DNA of 64,000 nt from an uncultured Verrucomicrobiae bacterium (GCA_963762585.1 CAVXLF010000023.1:219515-283514), one strand, 5' to 3'. Positions 1 through 10,837 are shown, counted from the first letter of the stretch. The notes: generated by a model not told the origin, from the letters alone. Numbers and translations: made by a program.

Positions 1-1
1 C

Positions 2-1180
2 GACATCGGCGGGCCGTCCATGCTCCGGAGCGCGGCCAAAAACCATGAAAGCGTGACCGTGGTGGTGGATCCGCTGGACTACGCGGCGGTGGCCGGCCAA
101 ATCCAGGCAAACGGCGGCACGACAGTTGAACTGCGCCGCAAACTGGCGGCCAAGGTGTTTGCGCGGACCGCGGCTTACGACGCCGCCATTGCGGCGCATT
201 TGCAGAAGGAATTCACGGCCGTGCCGGATACCGGCCTGCCACCTTCACTCTCAATCTCCGCGCCGCTGGTGCAGCCGTTGCGTTATGGTGAAAATCCTCA
301 TCAAAAGGCGGCGCTTTACGGCAGGTTCCGCGATTTTTTTCAGCAACTTCACGGCAAGGAACTCTCCTATAACAACATTCTGGATTTGACGGCGGCGGCC
401 AGCTTAATTGCCGAATTTGCGGCTGACCTGCCAACCCTGGCGATTCTCAAACACATGAATCCGTGCGGTGTCGGTCAGGGGCCCGATTTGCGCGAGGCCT
501 GGGACAAGGCGTTGGCGACGGATCGACAAGCACCTTTTGGCGGCATCATTGCCGTCAACCGCGCGTTGGACGGCGCGTGCGCAGAGGCAATCGCGGAAAT
601 TTTCAGCGAAGTCATCATCGCGCCGGATTTTTCGCCGGAAGCGCTGGCCATTTTGCAAAAGAAGAAAAACTTGCGGCTGCTCAAGGTCTTGAAATCGCCG
701 CTAAACGCGCAGTCGTGGGACGTCCGTGGCGTTGGGGCGGATTCATTTCTCTTGCAGGAACGCGATTTAAAAACGGCGACGGCGACGGATTTGAAAATTG
801 TCACGCGCCGCCAGCCGGGTACGGCGGAGTTAAAAGCCATGCTCTTTGGCTGGCGCGTGGTCAAGCATGTGAAGTCAAATGCGATTGTTTATACGGCAGC
901 GGACCGGACGCTGGGGATTGGCGCCGGGCAGATGAGCCGGGTGGATGCGAGCCGGATTGCGGTCTGGAAGGCGGGTGAAGCAAAACTTTCACTCGCGGGC
1001 AGCGTGGTTTGCAGTGATGCCTTTTTTCCGTTTCCGGACGGTTTGATTGCCGCGGCGGAAGCGGGGGCCACGGCGGCGATCCAGCCGGGCGGCTCGGTGC
1101 GGGATGCGGAAGTGATTGCGGCGGCGGATGAGCGGAATGTGGCGATGGCGTTCACCGGCACCCGGCATTTCCGGCATTAA
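2..1180 (+). CDS. purH: Bifunctional AICAR transformylase/IMP cyclohydrolase (5'-truncated by window)
   Basis: [30 protein letters not shown] and C-terminal RHFRH motifs; frame open from the window start. Confidence 0.97.
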   Translation, partial: DIGGPSMLRSAAKNHESVTVVVDPLDYAAVAGQIQANGGTTVELRRKLAAKVFARTAAYDAAIAAHLQKEFTAVPDTGLPPSLSISAPLVQPLRYGENPHQKAALYGRFRDFFQQLHGKELSYNNILDLTAAASLIAEFAADLPTLAILKHMNPCGVGQGPDLREAWDKALATDRQAPFGGIIAVNRALDGACAEAIAEIFSEVIIAPDFSPEALAILQKKKNLRLLKVLKSPLNAQSWDVRGVGADSFLLQERDLKTATATDLKIVTRRQPGTAELKAMLFGWRVVKHVKSNAIVYTAADRTLGIGAGQMSRVDASRIAVWKAGEAKLSLAGSVVCSDAFFPFPDGLIAAAEAGATAAIQPGGSVRDAEVIAAADERNVAMAFTGTRHFRH

Positions 1181-1566
1181 CGACTCAGCCGGCAGATCAG
1201 ACCGAACTGGCAGAGTACGATCGCGAGCAAAAGCGCCCAGACGAGTCTTTCTTGCAACCGCAGACCGCGTTGGCGGGCGGCAGCCAGCCAGAATTGAAGT
1301 TTGACCGAACCGAGCGTAATCACGTCGCCGTTGTGGAGGAGTGCGGTTTGGACCGGTTTGCTGTTAACCATGACCATGGCGTTCTGTGCCGCCGCGAGCT
1401 TGAAGCCCTCCCGCCGATGGAACTCGAGCAGCACGTGTTGATCCCAGGTGCCATCGTCATTCAATTGCAGGTCATTTTCCCGGGCGCGCCCGATGCGAAA
1501 AGGAAAACGGCGGACAACCGACCGGCTGCCCGCCATTTTTCCCGCCAGAATGTGAAGTTCAATCAT
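1177..1566 (-). CDS. FHA domain protein with C-terminal TM helix
   Basis: F-x-IGR...H motif and '[10 protein letters not shown]' FHA signature, hydrophobic C-terminus; start overlaps the wza stop (TGATG). Confidence 0.8.
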   Translation of the reverse strand: MIELHILAGKMAGSRSVVRRFPFRIGRARENDLQLNDDGTWDQHVLLEFHRREGFKLAAAQNAMVMVNSKPVQTALLHNGDVITLGSVKLQFWLAAARQRGLRLQERLVWALLLAIVLCQFGLICRLSR

Positions 1567-2228
1567 CAGAAGAGACGGCGTGGCACCTGAATCTGGTCCC
1601 CGGGATAAACGGCCGGATCCAATGATGGATTTTGGAGGGCCTTGGTGCAGTTGACCTTGATGCGTTCTCCGTTGCTGCGCGTGAGCCAGACCTTGCTCCG
1701 ATTGGCAAAGTCGGTGAAGTCACCGGCGGATTGAATGGCCTTGGTCACCGTGGTTTCACCAATGTAGAGCTGGCGACCGGGTTGTTTCACTTCACCGCCG
1801 ACGTAGAAAACGCGTTGCGGGGAACTCACGGTAATGGTCAGCCGGACATAGTACTGGGGTACGTAGAGGTTATGGATTGCGTTTTGCAACTCGCCGGCCG
1901 TCAGGCCGGCCGCCCGCACCGCGCCGATGTAAGGGAGGGTAATGGTCCCGTCTTCTTTGATGGGTTCCACATGGTCAAGAATCGTATCAGCGGTGCCGGA
2001 GAAACTCACAGTCACCGTGTCTCCCACGTGAAAGCGGGCGGCAGTCAGATCACCTGACATTGTGTCCGTTGGGTTGGTGCCGGTTCCCGTCAGTGCCCCT
2101 GGCGTCTGAGGGTTGTCAGAAAAGAGGATGTCGTTGGAGGACGAGGAACATCCGCTGAGGATGAATCCAGCCAGCAGAAATCCCGCGGCATGCCATTTCA
2201 AATGTGACAGATTCCAAAACAATTTCAT
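1566..2228 (-). CDS. wza: Polysaccharide export lipoprotein (OPX/Wza-like, Poly_export + SLBB)
   Basis: Lipobox LSGC, 'DGTITLPYIGAVRAAGLT', 'YVGGEVKQPG', 'PGDQIQVP'. Confidence 0.9.
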   Translation of the reverse strand: MKLFWNLSHLKWHAAGFLLAGFILSGCSSSSNDILFSDNPQTPGALTGTGTNPTDTMSGDLTAARFHVGDTVTVSFSGTADTILDHVEPIKEDGTITLPYIGAVRAAGLTAGELQNAIHNLYVPQYYVRLTITVSSPQRVFYVGGEVKQPGRQLYIGETTVTKAIQSAGDFTDFANRSKVWLTRSNGERIKVNCTKALQNPSLDPAVYPGDQIQVPRRLF

Positions 2229-2260
2229 TGACAGTAATCGTTGTAAAATTAGCGGCGCAA

Positions 2261-4411
2261 TCAATACTTTTGTTTAATCCCGGTCTTGCCCGGATCTTCC
2301 GCGGCGCTCTGAGCCTGGGTTTCCGGTTCGTCTTCGTTGCGCGAATAATAATAGTAATAACCTTCGTCCTGCGACATGGTAATGTTGTTGAGGACAATGC
2401 CGACCAGGTTGCCGCCGGCTTTTTCAATCAACTGTTTGGCGCGAATGTTCATGGGTTGCGGATAACGGCGATATTGTATGACCTGGATCGCCATGTCCAC
2501 TTCACTGGCCAGCACCGCGGCATCGCTCACGCCCAGGATGGGTGGCGAATCAAAAAACACGAAGTCATAACGCTGTTTTAATTCTGCAATCAGTTCCTTC
2601 ATCTGGGGTGAGTTGAGAATGCTCATGGAGCTGCTGGGCAATTTGCCGCTGGCCATGAAGTCGAGCGTCGGCACTGCAGTGGTTTGAATGACTTCTTCAA
2701 GCGAATTTTGTTTTAACAGGTAATTGGTCAGGCCGACGTTGTTACTGACGCGCAACAGCTTGTGAAGGGTGGGGCGGCGCAGGTCCGAATCCACTATCAC
2801 GACGCGCTGGCCGGCCTGGGCAAAGACGGTGGCGAGGTTCAATGCGGTGGTGGATTTGCCCTCTCCCATGCCGGCGCTGATTATGACAATGCTGTTGAGC
2901 TTGTCATCCTTGCGGGAAAACAAGAAATGGGTTCGCAAGACCCGATAGGCTTCAGCGTGCTGGCTGTCCAGGCCTTCCTCCAGCAAATAGCCGACGTTTT
3001 GGGGAATGACACCCAGCACGGGCGCCTGAAAGGCGCGTTCAACTTCATCGATGGTTTTGACGCTGGTATCCAGATATTCGATGAAGAATGCCAGACCAAC
3101 GCCGACAATCAGCCCGACGATCACCCCCAGGCCGATGTTCAGCGTTTTGTTCGGTCGGACGGGGTATTTGCCCGGTTCGGCCTGGCGGATAATTTCCACC
3201 ATGCCGGTCTTGGGGATTTGCAGATCGAGTTTTTCGGCTTCAATCTTGGTGGACAGCAGCCGGTGGAAATCCAGCATGTTCTGAAGTTTACGCTTTTCCT
3301 CCCAGTAAGGCTGGCCTCTTGAGGCTTCATCTTGATCCTTGTCCTTGGCATCATTCACCGCCGCGGTGATTGCGTCGAGCGCGGCCTTCTCGGATTGCAC
3401 CTGGCTGCTCATGCCGGCCATGATGCCGTTGACCCGGTCATTAACCTCCTGATTCAACTCGGCAATCAAGGATTGCGCGCGGATGACATCCGGGTTTTCG
3501 AGTGAATAATCATTGGTCAAGGTGACGAATTTCTGCTGAGCGCTGTTCAGCTTGTCCAACAAATCATTCAAGGCCAGATCTCCGCCCACGGTGGGCAGGA
3601 CCTCCCTTAATTTTTCCGGGCTTAATGGTTGCAGCTCGCTTAATTGTTTATCCAGCTTCATGTAGCGCTGCTCGCCTTCGATCATCAGGTTGTTGTAGTA
3701 ATGCAACTGCTCCGAAGTCAGGGTGGGGGTGGGGCTGAGGGCGTTGGGATCGGAATCGTTAATATGCAGGCTCTTGCGCAATTGATCCACGTTTGTCTGA
3801 ACGGCATCAATTTTTTCTTCGTCATCCTGGTACTGGTCTTCCAATGTCTTGATGCCGCGCGTCGTTTGTTCGCTGCGCACACTGGACCGGTAGCTGCGAT
3901 AGGCGTCCACAATGGCATTGGCAAGATTTGCCGCCATGTTTTTGTCCTCATCATAAACCGTAATTTCAATCAGCTTGGTGTTCCGGACCGGGTCCAGGGA
4001 CAGCCGTTTTTCGAGCATCAACATGGTGACCGAAGTCTGAAGCGGCACGCCCCCGTTGTATCTTTTGCCCCACACCGTGTTCAAATCCAGCTTGTCGATC
4101 ACCTTGCTGAGCACCACCTGGTCCTGAATGATTTCAAATGCAGTTTGAATGAAGTAAGGATCGTAGGGGGCATAGGTGACGTCGCCCCCTCCACCGCCGA
4201 CTCCCTGAATGTCTGAAATGATGTCCGGTTCAATCTTGATCCGGGCGGTGCTGGAGTAAGATTCCGGCAATATGAATGTCACCACCGTGGCAATGGTAAA
4301 GGTGATCAAGAAAACGGTGATGATGATGGCTTTGCGAATACGCAGAATGCGCAGATAATCCAAAAAATGCAGCTTTGCTTCCTGCACGGAATCGGGTTTT
4401 ATCGGGTCCAT
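2261..4411 (-). CDS. wzc: Polysaccharide co-polymerase/tyrosine autokinase
   Basis: Two TM helices flanking a coiled coil, Walker A GEGKST, DSDLRRP, C-terminal YYYYY cluster. Confidence 0.93.
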   Translation of the reverse strand: MDPIKPDSVQEAKLHFLDYLRILRIRKAIIITVFLITFTIATVVTFILPESYSSTARIKIEPDIISDIQGVGGGGGDVTYAPYDPYFIQTAFEIIQDQVVLSKVIDKLDLNTVWGKRYNGGVPLQTSVTMLMLEKRLSLDPVRNTKLIEITVYDEDKNMAANLANAIVDAYRSYRSSVRSEQTTRGIKTLEDQYQDDEEKIDAVQTNVDQLRKSLHINDSDPNALSPTPTLTSEQLHYYNNLMIEGEQRYMKLDKQLSELQPLSPEKLREVLPTVGGDLALNDLLDKLNSAQQKFVTLTNDYSLENPDVIRAQSLIAELNQEVNDRVNGIMAGMSSQVQSEKAALDAITAAVNDAKDKDQDEASRGQPYWEEKRKLQNMLDFHRLLSTKIEAEKLDLQIPKTGMVEIIRQAEPGKYPVRPNKTLNIGLGVIVGLIVGVGLAFFIEYLDTSVKTIDEVERAFQAPVLGVIPQNVGYLLEEGLDSQHAEAYRVLRTHFLFSRKDDKLNSIVIISAGMGEGKSTTALNLATVFAQAGQRVVIVDSDLRRPTLHKLLRVSNNVGLTNYLLKQNSLEEVIQTTAVPTLDFMASGKLPSSSMSILNSPQMKELIAELKQRYDFVFFDSPPILGVSDAAVLASEVDMAIQVIQYRRYPQPMNIRAKQLIEKAGGNLVGIVLNNITMSQDEGYYYYYSRNEDEPETQAQSAAEDPGKTGIKQKY

Positions 4412-4417
4412 AAACTC

Positions 4418-4451
4418 AAAAAAAGGAGCCAGAGTAATGACTCTTGCTCCT
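4418..4451 (-). terminator. Intrinsic terminator-like hairpin
   Basis: Minus strand AGGAGCAAGAGT-catt-ACTCTGGCTCCT followed by a T-run. Confidence 0.65.
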
Positions 4452-4489
4452 GTTCAAACGTTCAAAAACATCTTACTTAATGCGACCGT

Positions 4490-5782
4490 TCAATAAGTGC
4501 CGGTGACACCCAGATAAACGCGGTTACGGTCGTACCCTGTCTGCTGCACCCCGCCAGCCCCGGTGGCCGAGGTGACATCGTCAAAATTGTAGCCGATTTC
4601 AGCCGAGACATGCGGGTTGATGGTGTAAGCCAGGTTGAAACCCAAGCTGTACAAGGTCTGCGACTGGTTGTTAAGCGCGCCACCGTTGAAAGTTGCGTAT
4701 TGAATCTGGCCAGTCAAATTGGCGGCCAATTGCGCGGTGATCTGATGGTTGAGAGTGGCATAAACCGTTGAGGCTTCCTGGTCCAAAGTTTCATTGCCAC
4801 CGCTTGGTGCAACGGCATCCGTGGCCGTCCGTGATTGGGTGAAACCCAGTTGCAAATAGCTGCCCGGCAAATACGTGTAGGTTCCCGTTAATTTTGCGTA
4901 GGGTGAAACTTGACTGGTTGTCGGGACGCCAGCCGGAGGGTTGTAATAGTCTTCATATTGAATGCCGGCCTGCGCTGAAAGGGTCAGGTTGTCGAGCACG
5001 CTGTATTGTGCGCCGAGATATCCAAATTGCGACCGGTTGTCGCGGCTATTACTATTGAACGTTATTGGGCCTTCAGCAGCAATAGCCTCATTTCCAATAT
5101 AATTGATCTGCTCATATTGGTAACCGATATACGCCAGCAACGTCGGCTGGAACTGCCAGTTTACATTCAACGAAACATCATGTTGCAGCCGGTTCAACAG
5201 CCCGGTAAGGCTGGGAGCAACTGCAGTACCGCCGCTGTTTTGGTAGTCAAAGAAGTTGTTTTGGTAACTGAAAGTCGTGCCCAGGAGCGGGGTCCATTGG
5301 GTGTCGAGCGTGATTGAGCCAAAATTGTGAATGTTATTTCCCTCGGTCCGCAGCAAGGTGCCGCCGTTGAGGAGTTGCGGTTCCTGGCCCACCTGCAGCG
5401 AATCCTGCACCTTGGTCGACCAGCGTTCGGTAAACGCATGGTCCACCCACAAATCCAACTGGTGCGTCTGATCAATCGGATTTTGGCCAAGGCTGTCCCG
5501 ATCCTGATAGTAATACAAACCGTAGGTGTAACGAAGCCCCAGTTCCGTTTGCTGCAATGGCACGTTCAGGCTGACGTAGGGACTGAATTCAAATCCGAAG
5601 CTGCTGCGTTTGAACGTCCCCGATGGCTGGGTATTGTAGTTATCGTCATAGAAACCGCGCAAGGTGCCCGACACGCTCCACAGCTTGGCGGTCTCCATCG
5701 AATTTAAGTCCGGTGCGTAAGCAGCTTCAAGGCTGGTTGTCCCAACCGCTGCCAGTCCTACACAGGCTAAGAATTTTCTCAT
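4490..5782 (-). CDS. Outer-membrane beta-barrel protein, EPS-associated
   Basis: Signal peptide, alternating amphipathic strands, terminal aromatic residue (VTGTY), located upstream of wzc/wza. Confidence 0.82.
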   Translation of the reverse strand: MRKFLACVGLAAVGTTSLEAAYAPDLNSMETAKLWSVSGTLRGFYDDNYNTQPSGTFKRSSFGFEFSPYVSLNVPLQQTELGLRYTYGLYYYQDRDSLGQNPIDQTHQLDLWVDHAFTERWSTKVQDSLQVGQEPQLLNGGTLLRTEGNNIHNFGSITLDTQWTPLLGTTFSYQNNFFDYQNSGGTAVAPSLTGLLNRLQHDVSLNVNWQFQPTLLAYIGYQYEQINYIGNEAIAAEGPITFNSNSRDNRSQFGYLGAQYSVLDNLTLSAQAGIQYEDYYNPPAGVPTTSQVSPYAKLTGTYTYLPGSYLQLGFTQSRTATDAVAPSGGNETLDQEASTVYATLNHQITAQLAANLTGQIQYATFNGGALNNQSQTLYSLGFNLAYTINPHVSAEIGYNFDDVTSATGAGGVQQTGYDRNRVYLGVTGTY

Positions 5783-5951
5783 AGTACAATTTTATGTCCA
5801 AAACTTGACATCATTTTGATGTTCAAGGAAAAGCAAACGGCCAATGACTTTACGGCATTATCAGGAAATCAAAAATCGTGTCAAACATCATTTTCATTAT
5901 TCTCCAACTAATATTACATAAAAGACCCTTAAAAACAATGCCGTGATTCAA

Positions 5952-7712
5952 TTAAAACGCGCTGTTTCCCAGCCGCTTACACTTTAGTTTTTCCAGCAAC
6001 GTCCGTAGCGGGGAAGTATTAACAACGTCGCGCTTTTCCAACCAGCCTTTGCGCGCAATTCCAGTGCCAAATCGGAGAAATTCGGCATGTTCGTTTCGAT
6101 GTGCGTCAGGATTGATGACGCATTTCACGCCCTTGCTTTTGGCGTAGGGCCAAAGCCGCCAATCCAAATCGAGCCGGTGCGGGTTGCAATTCAACTCTAT
6201 CCAGGTGCCGGTTTCAGCACAGGCATCAATCACGGCCTGCGCATTGACCGGATACGGCTCGCGTTCCAGCAACAGCCTTCCGGTGAGATGGCCGAGCATG
6301 TGAACAAAGGGATTTTGCGCCGCGCGAATCAAGCGTTTTGTATTCTCGGCTTCGTTATTGGCCGGCACGTGCAGGCTCGCCACCACCACCTCCAATTCCG
6401 CCAACAGCTCATCATCGAAATCCAGCCGGTCGCGTAAAATGTCCACCTCACAGCCGGTGAACAGCCGGAATTCACTGCCGCGCTCAGCGTATTGTGCGTT
6501 GATTTTCTTGATTTCCGTTATTTGCTGCCGGACGCGCTTCGCATCCAGGCCGTTCGCCTGGAAGGATGATTTTGAATGGTCGGTAATGGCCCAGTAATCG
6601 AGTCCCAGCTCTTCCATGTAGCCGGCAATTTCCTCCAGGCGATTGTGCCCGTCACTCCAATTCGAATGATTGTGCAGGGCGCCCTTCAAGTCCGTCCATT
6701 CGATGAGCCTGGGCAGATCGTTCTTTTCGCCGGCGGCAAACTCACCGTGGTCCTCGCGCAATTCCGGCGGCACAAACGGCAAATCCAGTTTTGAGAAAAT
6801 TTCCATCTCATCCCGGCAGGTCACCCGCAGTTTGGGATCGCGCGTTTCAATTTTTGATTTGAACAGGCCATATTCGTTCAACCGCAGGCCGCGCTGAATC
6901 GCGCGCTGGCGCATGACGATGTTATGCTCCTTGCTGCCCGTGAAATAGGCCAGGGCAAACGGAAATTCATTGTCGCTGACCACCCGCAAATCACATTGAA
7001 TGCCGCTTTTCAGGATGACGCTCCCTTTGGTCTCGCCCCGGGCCGTGACCTTGATCACGTCGGGCTGCGTGACAAAAAAATCAATCACTTCCGCCGGGTT
7101 TTTCGACGATGCCAGCAAATCAATGTCGCCGATGACTTCCTTGAAACGCCGCAAACTGCCGGCCGCGCTGCAACGGATGACTTCCGGATGGGTGCGCAAA
7201 CCCTCCAGCAATGGTTCGGCCGCGAACAACGCGTCGCTCAGCAGGTGTTGGGTGGCGTAGGTGCGGCGGCGGGCGATGCCTTCGAGCAGATTCGCCTGGG
7301 TCTTTTCACCGAAACCGTCGAGCTGTGCGACTTTGCCCGTTTGACAGGCCGCTTCCAGTTGTGCCACGGAATCCACGCCGAGTTCCCGGTTGAGCGCCTG
7401 GATTTTTTTGGGGCCCAGTCCGGGAATTTCGAGCAGCTCGATCAACCCCGGGGGAATCGAGGCTTTCAACTCATCGTAATAGGCCAGTTTGCCCGTTTCC
7501 ACCAGCTCGGTGATTTTTTGTTCGAGCGCCTGGCCGATGCCTTTGATTTCGCCCAGCCGTTTTTCCGCGATGATGTTCGCCAGCGGTTCGCTCAAACCTT
7601 CAATCGTGCGCGCGGCGTTGGTATAAGCGCGCGTCTTGAACGGATTTTCACCTTTAAGTTCCAGCAACGTCCCAATTTCCAGCAGCATGGCCGCAATCTG
7701 ATCTTTGTCCAT
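5952..7712 (-). CDS. polX: DNA polymerase X / PHP 3'-5' exonuclease
   Basis: GENPFK..AY, HhH motifs, GSLRR..GDIDLL, YFTGSKEHN, PHP HxHSxWSDG and DAH. Confidence 0.95.
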   Translation of the reverse strand: MDKDQIAAMLLEIGTLLELKGENPFKTRAYTNAARTIEGLSEPLANIIAEKRLGEIKGIGQALEQKITELVETGKLAYYDELKASIPPGLIELLEIPGLGPKKIQALNRELGVDSVAQLEAACQTGKVAQLDGFGEKTQANLLEGIARRRTYATQHLLSDALFAAEPLLEGLRTHPEVIRCSAAGSLRRFKEVIGDIDLLASSKNPAEVIDFFVTQPDVIKVTARGETKGSVILKSGIQCDLRVVSDNEFPFALAYFTGSKEHNIVMRQRAIQRGLRLNEYGLFKSKIETRDPKLRVTCRDEMEIFSKLDLPFVPPELREDHGEFAAGEKNDLPRLIEWTDLKGALHNHSNWSDGHNRLEEIAGYMEELGLDYWAITDHSKSSFQANGLDAKRVRQQITEIKKINAQYAERGSEFRLFTGCEVDILRDRLDFDDELLAELEVVVASLHVPANNEAENTKRLIRAAQNPFVHMLGHLTGRLLLEREPYPVNAQAVIDACAETGTWIELNCNPHRLDLDWRLWPYAKSKGVKCVINPDAHRNEHAEFLRFGTGIARKGWLEKRDVVNTSPLRTLLEKLKCKRLGNSAF

Positions 7713-7924
7713 GAACATGAGTATAACGCCGTCGGAATGGGTTCCAAATCGAAAGTGGCGGGATTGGCCTTGCGGCGATGGCTCATTCCGGCCGTCCGGC
7801 AAGGGCCGGGCGGGGCCGGTTGATAAGTTCCGGGTAAAGGGAGTTGGTTGGGGAAATGGCCCATGTTTTGCTACAGGGTGCAGGTGACCGGTCGGGTTCG
7901 GAGCCTGTTTTGTGAAGTAAAGAT

Positions 7925-9901
7925 ATGAATTTTGCGAACGTACATTTGAAATTTTCGGAACAATACCTGCAAGCGACTTTGTTCGTGTCGCTGTTGAGCG
8001 TGTGGGTATTGGTGGGGCTTTTTTATTATCTGAATCGCTACACCAAGCGGGAGTATTTTGCCGTCTGGACCACCGCATGGCTGTTTTATGCGCTGTGGCT
8101 GACCCTGGGGTTGACGATGCACGATGTCGTCTCCAACAACGTGATTTTCATGCTCCGGCAATGTTGTGTGGCCATTTCAGCGGTCTTCCTGTTGTGGGGC
8201 AGCGCGCGCTTTCTGAGTTTGCCGGTCCGGCAGAGCATGCTGGGTTTGTTCATGTTGTTTCTGCTGGCCTGGACCTTTGTCAGTCCGGAAGTGCTTTCCA
8301 GCCAGTTTCAAATTCAACTGCCGGTTTTCATTCTCATCGGTCTCAGCAGCGTGTTCGCCGGGGTTTGTTTTTATCGGGTGCGGAAACGGATCCCGTTTGT
8401 CGGAGCCGGCATGTTGTCGATGGGCTTCCTGCTGTGGGGGCTTTACCTCGGGAGCTATCCTTTTTCCCAGGAGTATCAGGACCTTTACAACGCAGGTTTT
8501 CTGATTGCGGCGGTGCTGCAGTTGTTCATCGCCGTCAGCATGGTGGTGTTGGTCATGGAGGAGGTGCGTTACAACGCCGAACAGATTCGCGCCGAAATTG
8601 CCGAGGTTCGCTCTGAAAAGGATGCCTTGCAGGTCAAGGTCCTCACCACCGAGGAACAATGCCGCAACCTTTACGATCAGGTCCGCCTGACCGATGGCGT
8701 GCAAAAGGCCTACGATGAATTGCGCCGGACGCAGCAGGTGGTGGTGCAGCAGGAACGCCTGCGCGCCCTGGGCCAGATGGCCAGCGGGGTGGCGCATGAT
8801 GTCAACAATGCGCTGTCGCCCATTGTCGCCTACTCCGAATTGCTGCTGGTCACCCAGCCGAATTTGTCAGACGTAACGCGCCAGTATTTGCAAATCATCC
8901 GTCAGTCGGGTGAGGATATTTCCCACATCGTTGCCCGCATGCGGGAATTTTACCGCCGCCGCGCCGATACCGAGGAACTGGCCAAGGTGGACGTGAACAA
9001 GGTCATTGAAGAAGTGATCGAACTCACGCGTCCGCGCTGGCGCGACCTTTCCCAGCGCGAGTCCATTTCCATACAAATCAAGCGCGAACTGGAGCCCCAA
9101 TTGCCGCCCCTGCTCAGTGACGCCGGCGATCTGCGGGAGGCATTGATCAACCTCATTTTCAATGCGGTGGACGCGCTTCCGCAAGGCGGTACGATTACCC
9201 TGGTCACCCGTTCCTTCAGCCATCCGGCTGAGGGCGAAAATATGCCTCCGGAACGGCAGCTCCAGATCGAGGTGCGGGACGATGGCATTGGCATGGATGA
9301 AAAAACCCGCCAACATTGCCTGGAACCCTTTTTCTCCACCAAGGCCAAGCGGGGCGGCACCGGTCTGGGACTGGCAATGGTTTACGGCATGATGCGGCGG
9401 CACGATGGGACCATCGATATTGACAGTGCGCCGGGTCGCGGGACTTGCATGCGCCTCACTTTTCCCGTTCGGGAAAAAATTTCATTGGTGACCACTCCGG
9501 TTTTCGCCCCGGCCACCGGTCAAAGCCGTTCCCTGCGCATCCTTTGCATCGATGACGAATCACAGATACAGGAATTGCTGAAGCATTGCCTCATGACCCT
9601 GGAACATCAGGTGACGACGGCTTCGGGCGGCAAGCAGGGTGTGGAAATGTTTCGCGCGGCCATGCTCGAGAAACAGCCTTATGAGATGGTGATAACGGAC
9701 CTGGGGATGCCGGATATTGACGGACATCAGGTCGCCAAAACCATCAAGGCGGAATCGCCCGGCACGCCGATCATAATGATGACCGGTTGGGGCGCACAAA
9801 TGAAAGAGGACGGGGAAACCGCTCCGGAAGTGGATGCCGTGGTCGGCAAACCGCCGCGCATCCAGGAATTGAACAGTCTGCTCCTCAAACTCACCGGCTA
9901 G
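7925..9901 (+). CDS. Membrane hybrid sensor histidine kinase/receiver
   Basis: About 7 TM helices, H-box AHDVNN, N/G1/F/G2 boxes, C-terminal REC domain (DD, TDLGMP, KP). Confidence 0.93.
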   Translation: MNFANVHLKFSEQYLQATLFVSLLSVWVLVGLFYYLNRYTKREYFAVWTTAWLFYALWLTLGLTMHDVVSNNVIFMLRQCCVAISAVFLLWGSARFLSLPVRQSMLGLFMLFLLAWTFVSPEVLSSQFQIQLPVFILIGLSSVFAGVCFYRVRKRIPFVGAGMLSMGFLLWGLYLGSYPFSQEYQDLYNAGFLIAAVLQLFIAVSMVVLVMEEVRYNAEQIRAEIAEVRSEKDALQVKVLTTEEQCRNLYDQVRLTDGVQKAYDELRRTQQVVVQQERLRALGQMASGVAHDVNNALSPIVAYSELLLVTQPNLSDVTRQYLQIIRQSGEDISHIVARMREFYRRRADTEELAKVDVNKVIEEVIELTRPRWRDLSQRESISIQIKRELEPQLPPLLSDAGDLREALINLIFNAVDALPQGGTITLVTRSFSHPAEGENMPPERQLQIEVRDDGIGMDEKTRQHCLEPFFSTKAKRGGTGLGLAMVYGMMRRHDGTIDIDSAPGRGTCMRLTFPVREKISLVTTPVFAPATGQSRSLRILCIDDESQIQELLKHCLMTLEHQVTTASGGKQGVEMFRAAMLEKQPYEMVITDLGMPDIDGHQVAKTIKAESPGTPIIMMTGWGAQMKEDGETAPEVDAVVGKPPRIQELNSLLLKLTG

Positions 9902-10033
9902 ACCAGGTGCCGGTTCCAATCCGCTTCCGGTCTCACGCGATGATCCGTTCGTCAACTTCATCGTCCGCTCGAATTTTCCTCACGCGCTGGTTTTTCCGTG
10001 CCGATTCCCGCGGAGGCTGGCAAGCTCAAGCCC

Positions 10034-10837
10034 ATGCCAAACATCGCGCACCACCCGGTGGCGCTGACCATTGCCGGTTCGGATAGCGGCGGCGGCGCGG
10101 GAATTCAGGCCGACTTGAAGACGTTTGCCGCGTTCGGCGTCCATGGTGCCAGCGCCATCACCTGCCTCACCGCGCAAAACCCCCGGCGTATTCTCGCCCT
10201 GGAAGCGTGTTCCCCCAGGATGTTGCGGCGGCAAATCGAGGCGGTCTTTGAAGAACTGCATCCCGCGGCGGTGAAAACCGGAATGTTGTTCTCGGCGGAA
10301 AACGTCCGCGTGGTTGCCGGTTTTTTTAAAAGGAGAACACGTTCCCTGCTGGTCGTTGACCCGGTGATGGTTTCCACCAGCGGCACCCTGCTGCTCCAAC
10401 CGGCGGCGATTAAAATTCTAACAGGACGATTATTGCCGCTCGCCACGCTGGTCACACCCAATCTGCACGAGGCCGGGATGTTGACCGGGGAAAGAATCAC
10501 CTCGGTCGAAAAAATGCGCGCGGCCGCCCGCAAAATTCATTCGCATTTTGGCTGCGCGGCGCTTGTCAAAGGCGGTCACTTGCGTGACGTCCGTGAGGCG
10601 GTGGATATTTTCTTCGATGGTCGGACGGAATTGCTTCTGACCGCACCGTTCGTCAAAGGCGTGCGAACCCACGGCACCGGCTGCACTTATTCCGCAGCCG
10701 TCACGGCGGCGCTGGCGCTGGGTCGCCCTTTGCCGCACGCCGTCAGCCGGGCCAAAAATTACGTCACCCAGGCCATTGCGCGAAGTTATCGCCTGGGAAA
10801 TCATTCCGGGTTGAATCACTTTGGCGGAATGAAGTGA
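10034..10837 (+). CDS. thiD: HMP/HMP-P kinase
   Basis: IAGSDSGGGAGIQADLK, VDPVM, TPN, THGTGC. Confidence 0.95.
   Translation: MPNIAHHPVALTIAGSDSGGGAGIQADLKTFAAFGVHGASAITCLTAQNPRRILALEACSPRMLRRQIEAVFEELHPAAVKTGMLFSAENVRVVAGFFKRRTRSLLVVDPVMVSTSGTLLLQPAAIKILTGRLLPLATLVTPNLHEAGMLTGERITSVEKMRAAARKIHSHFGCAALVKGGHLRDVREAVDIFFDGRTELLLTAPFVKGVRTHGTGCTYSAAVTAALALGRPLPHAVSRAKNYVTQAIARSYRLGNHSGLNHFGGMK

Noticed and set aside
1177-1566. Stand-alone FHA proteins as the missing EssC FHA module
   Set aside because: Far from the T7-like locus and embedded in other operons; no evidence of linkage
7713-8078. N-terminal extension of the polX ORF overlapping the kinase gene
   Set aside because: PolX similarity starts at MDKDQ (7712); the extension is low-quality sequence overlapping a divergent gene
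9900-10033. Possible TPP riboswitch upstream of thiD
   Set aside because: No CTGAGA core or recognisable aptamer
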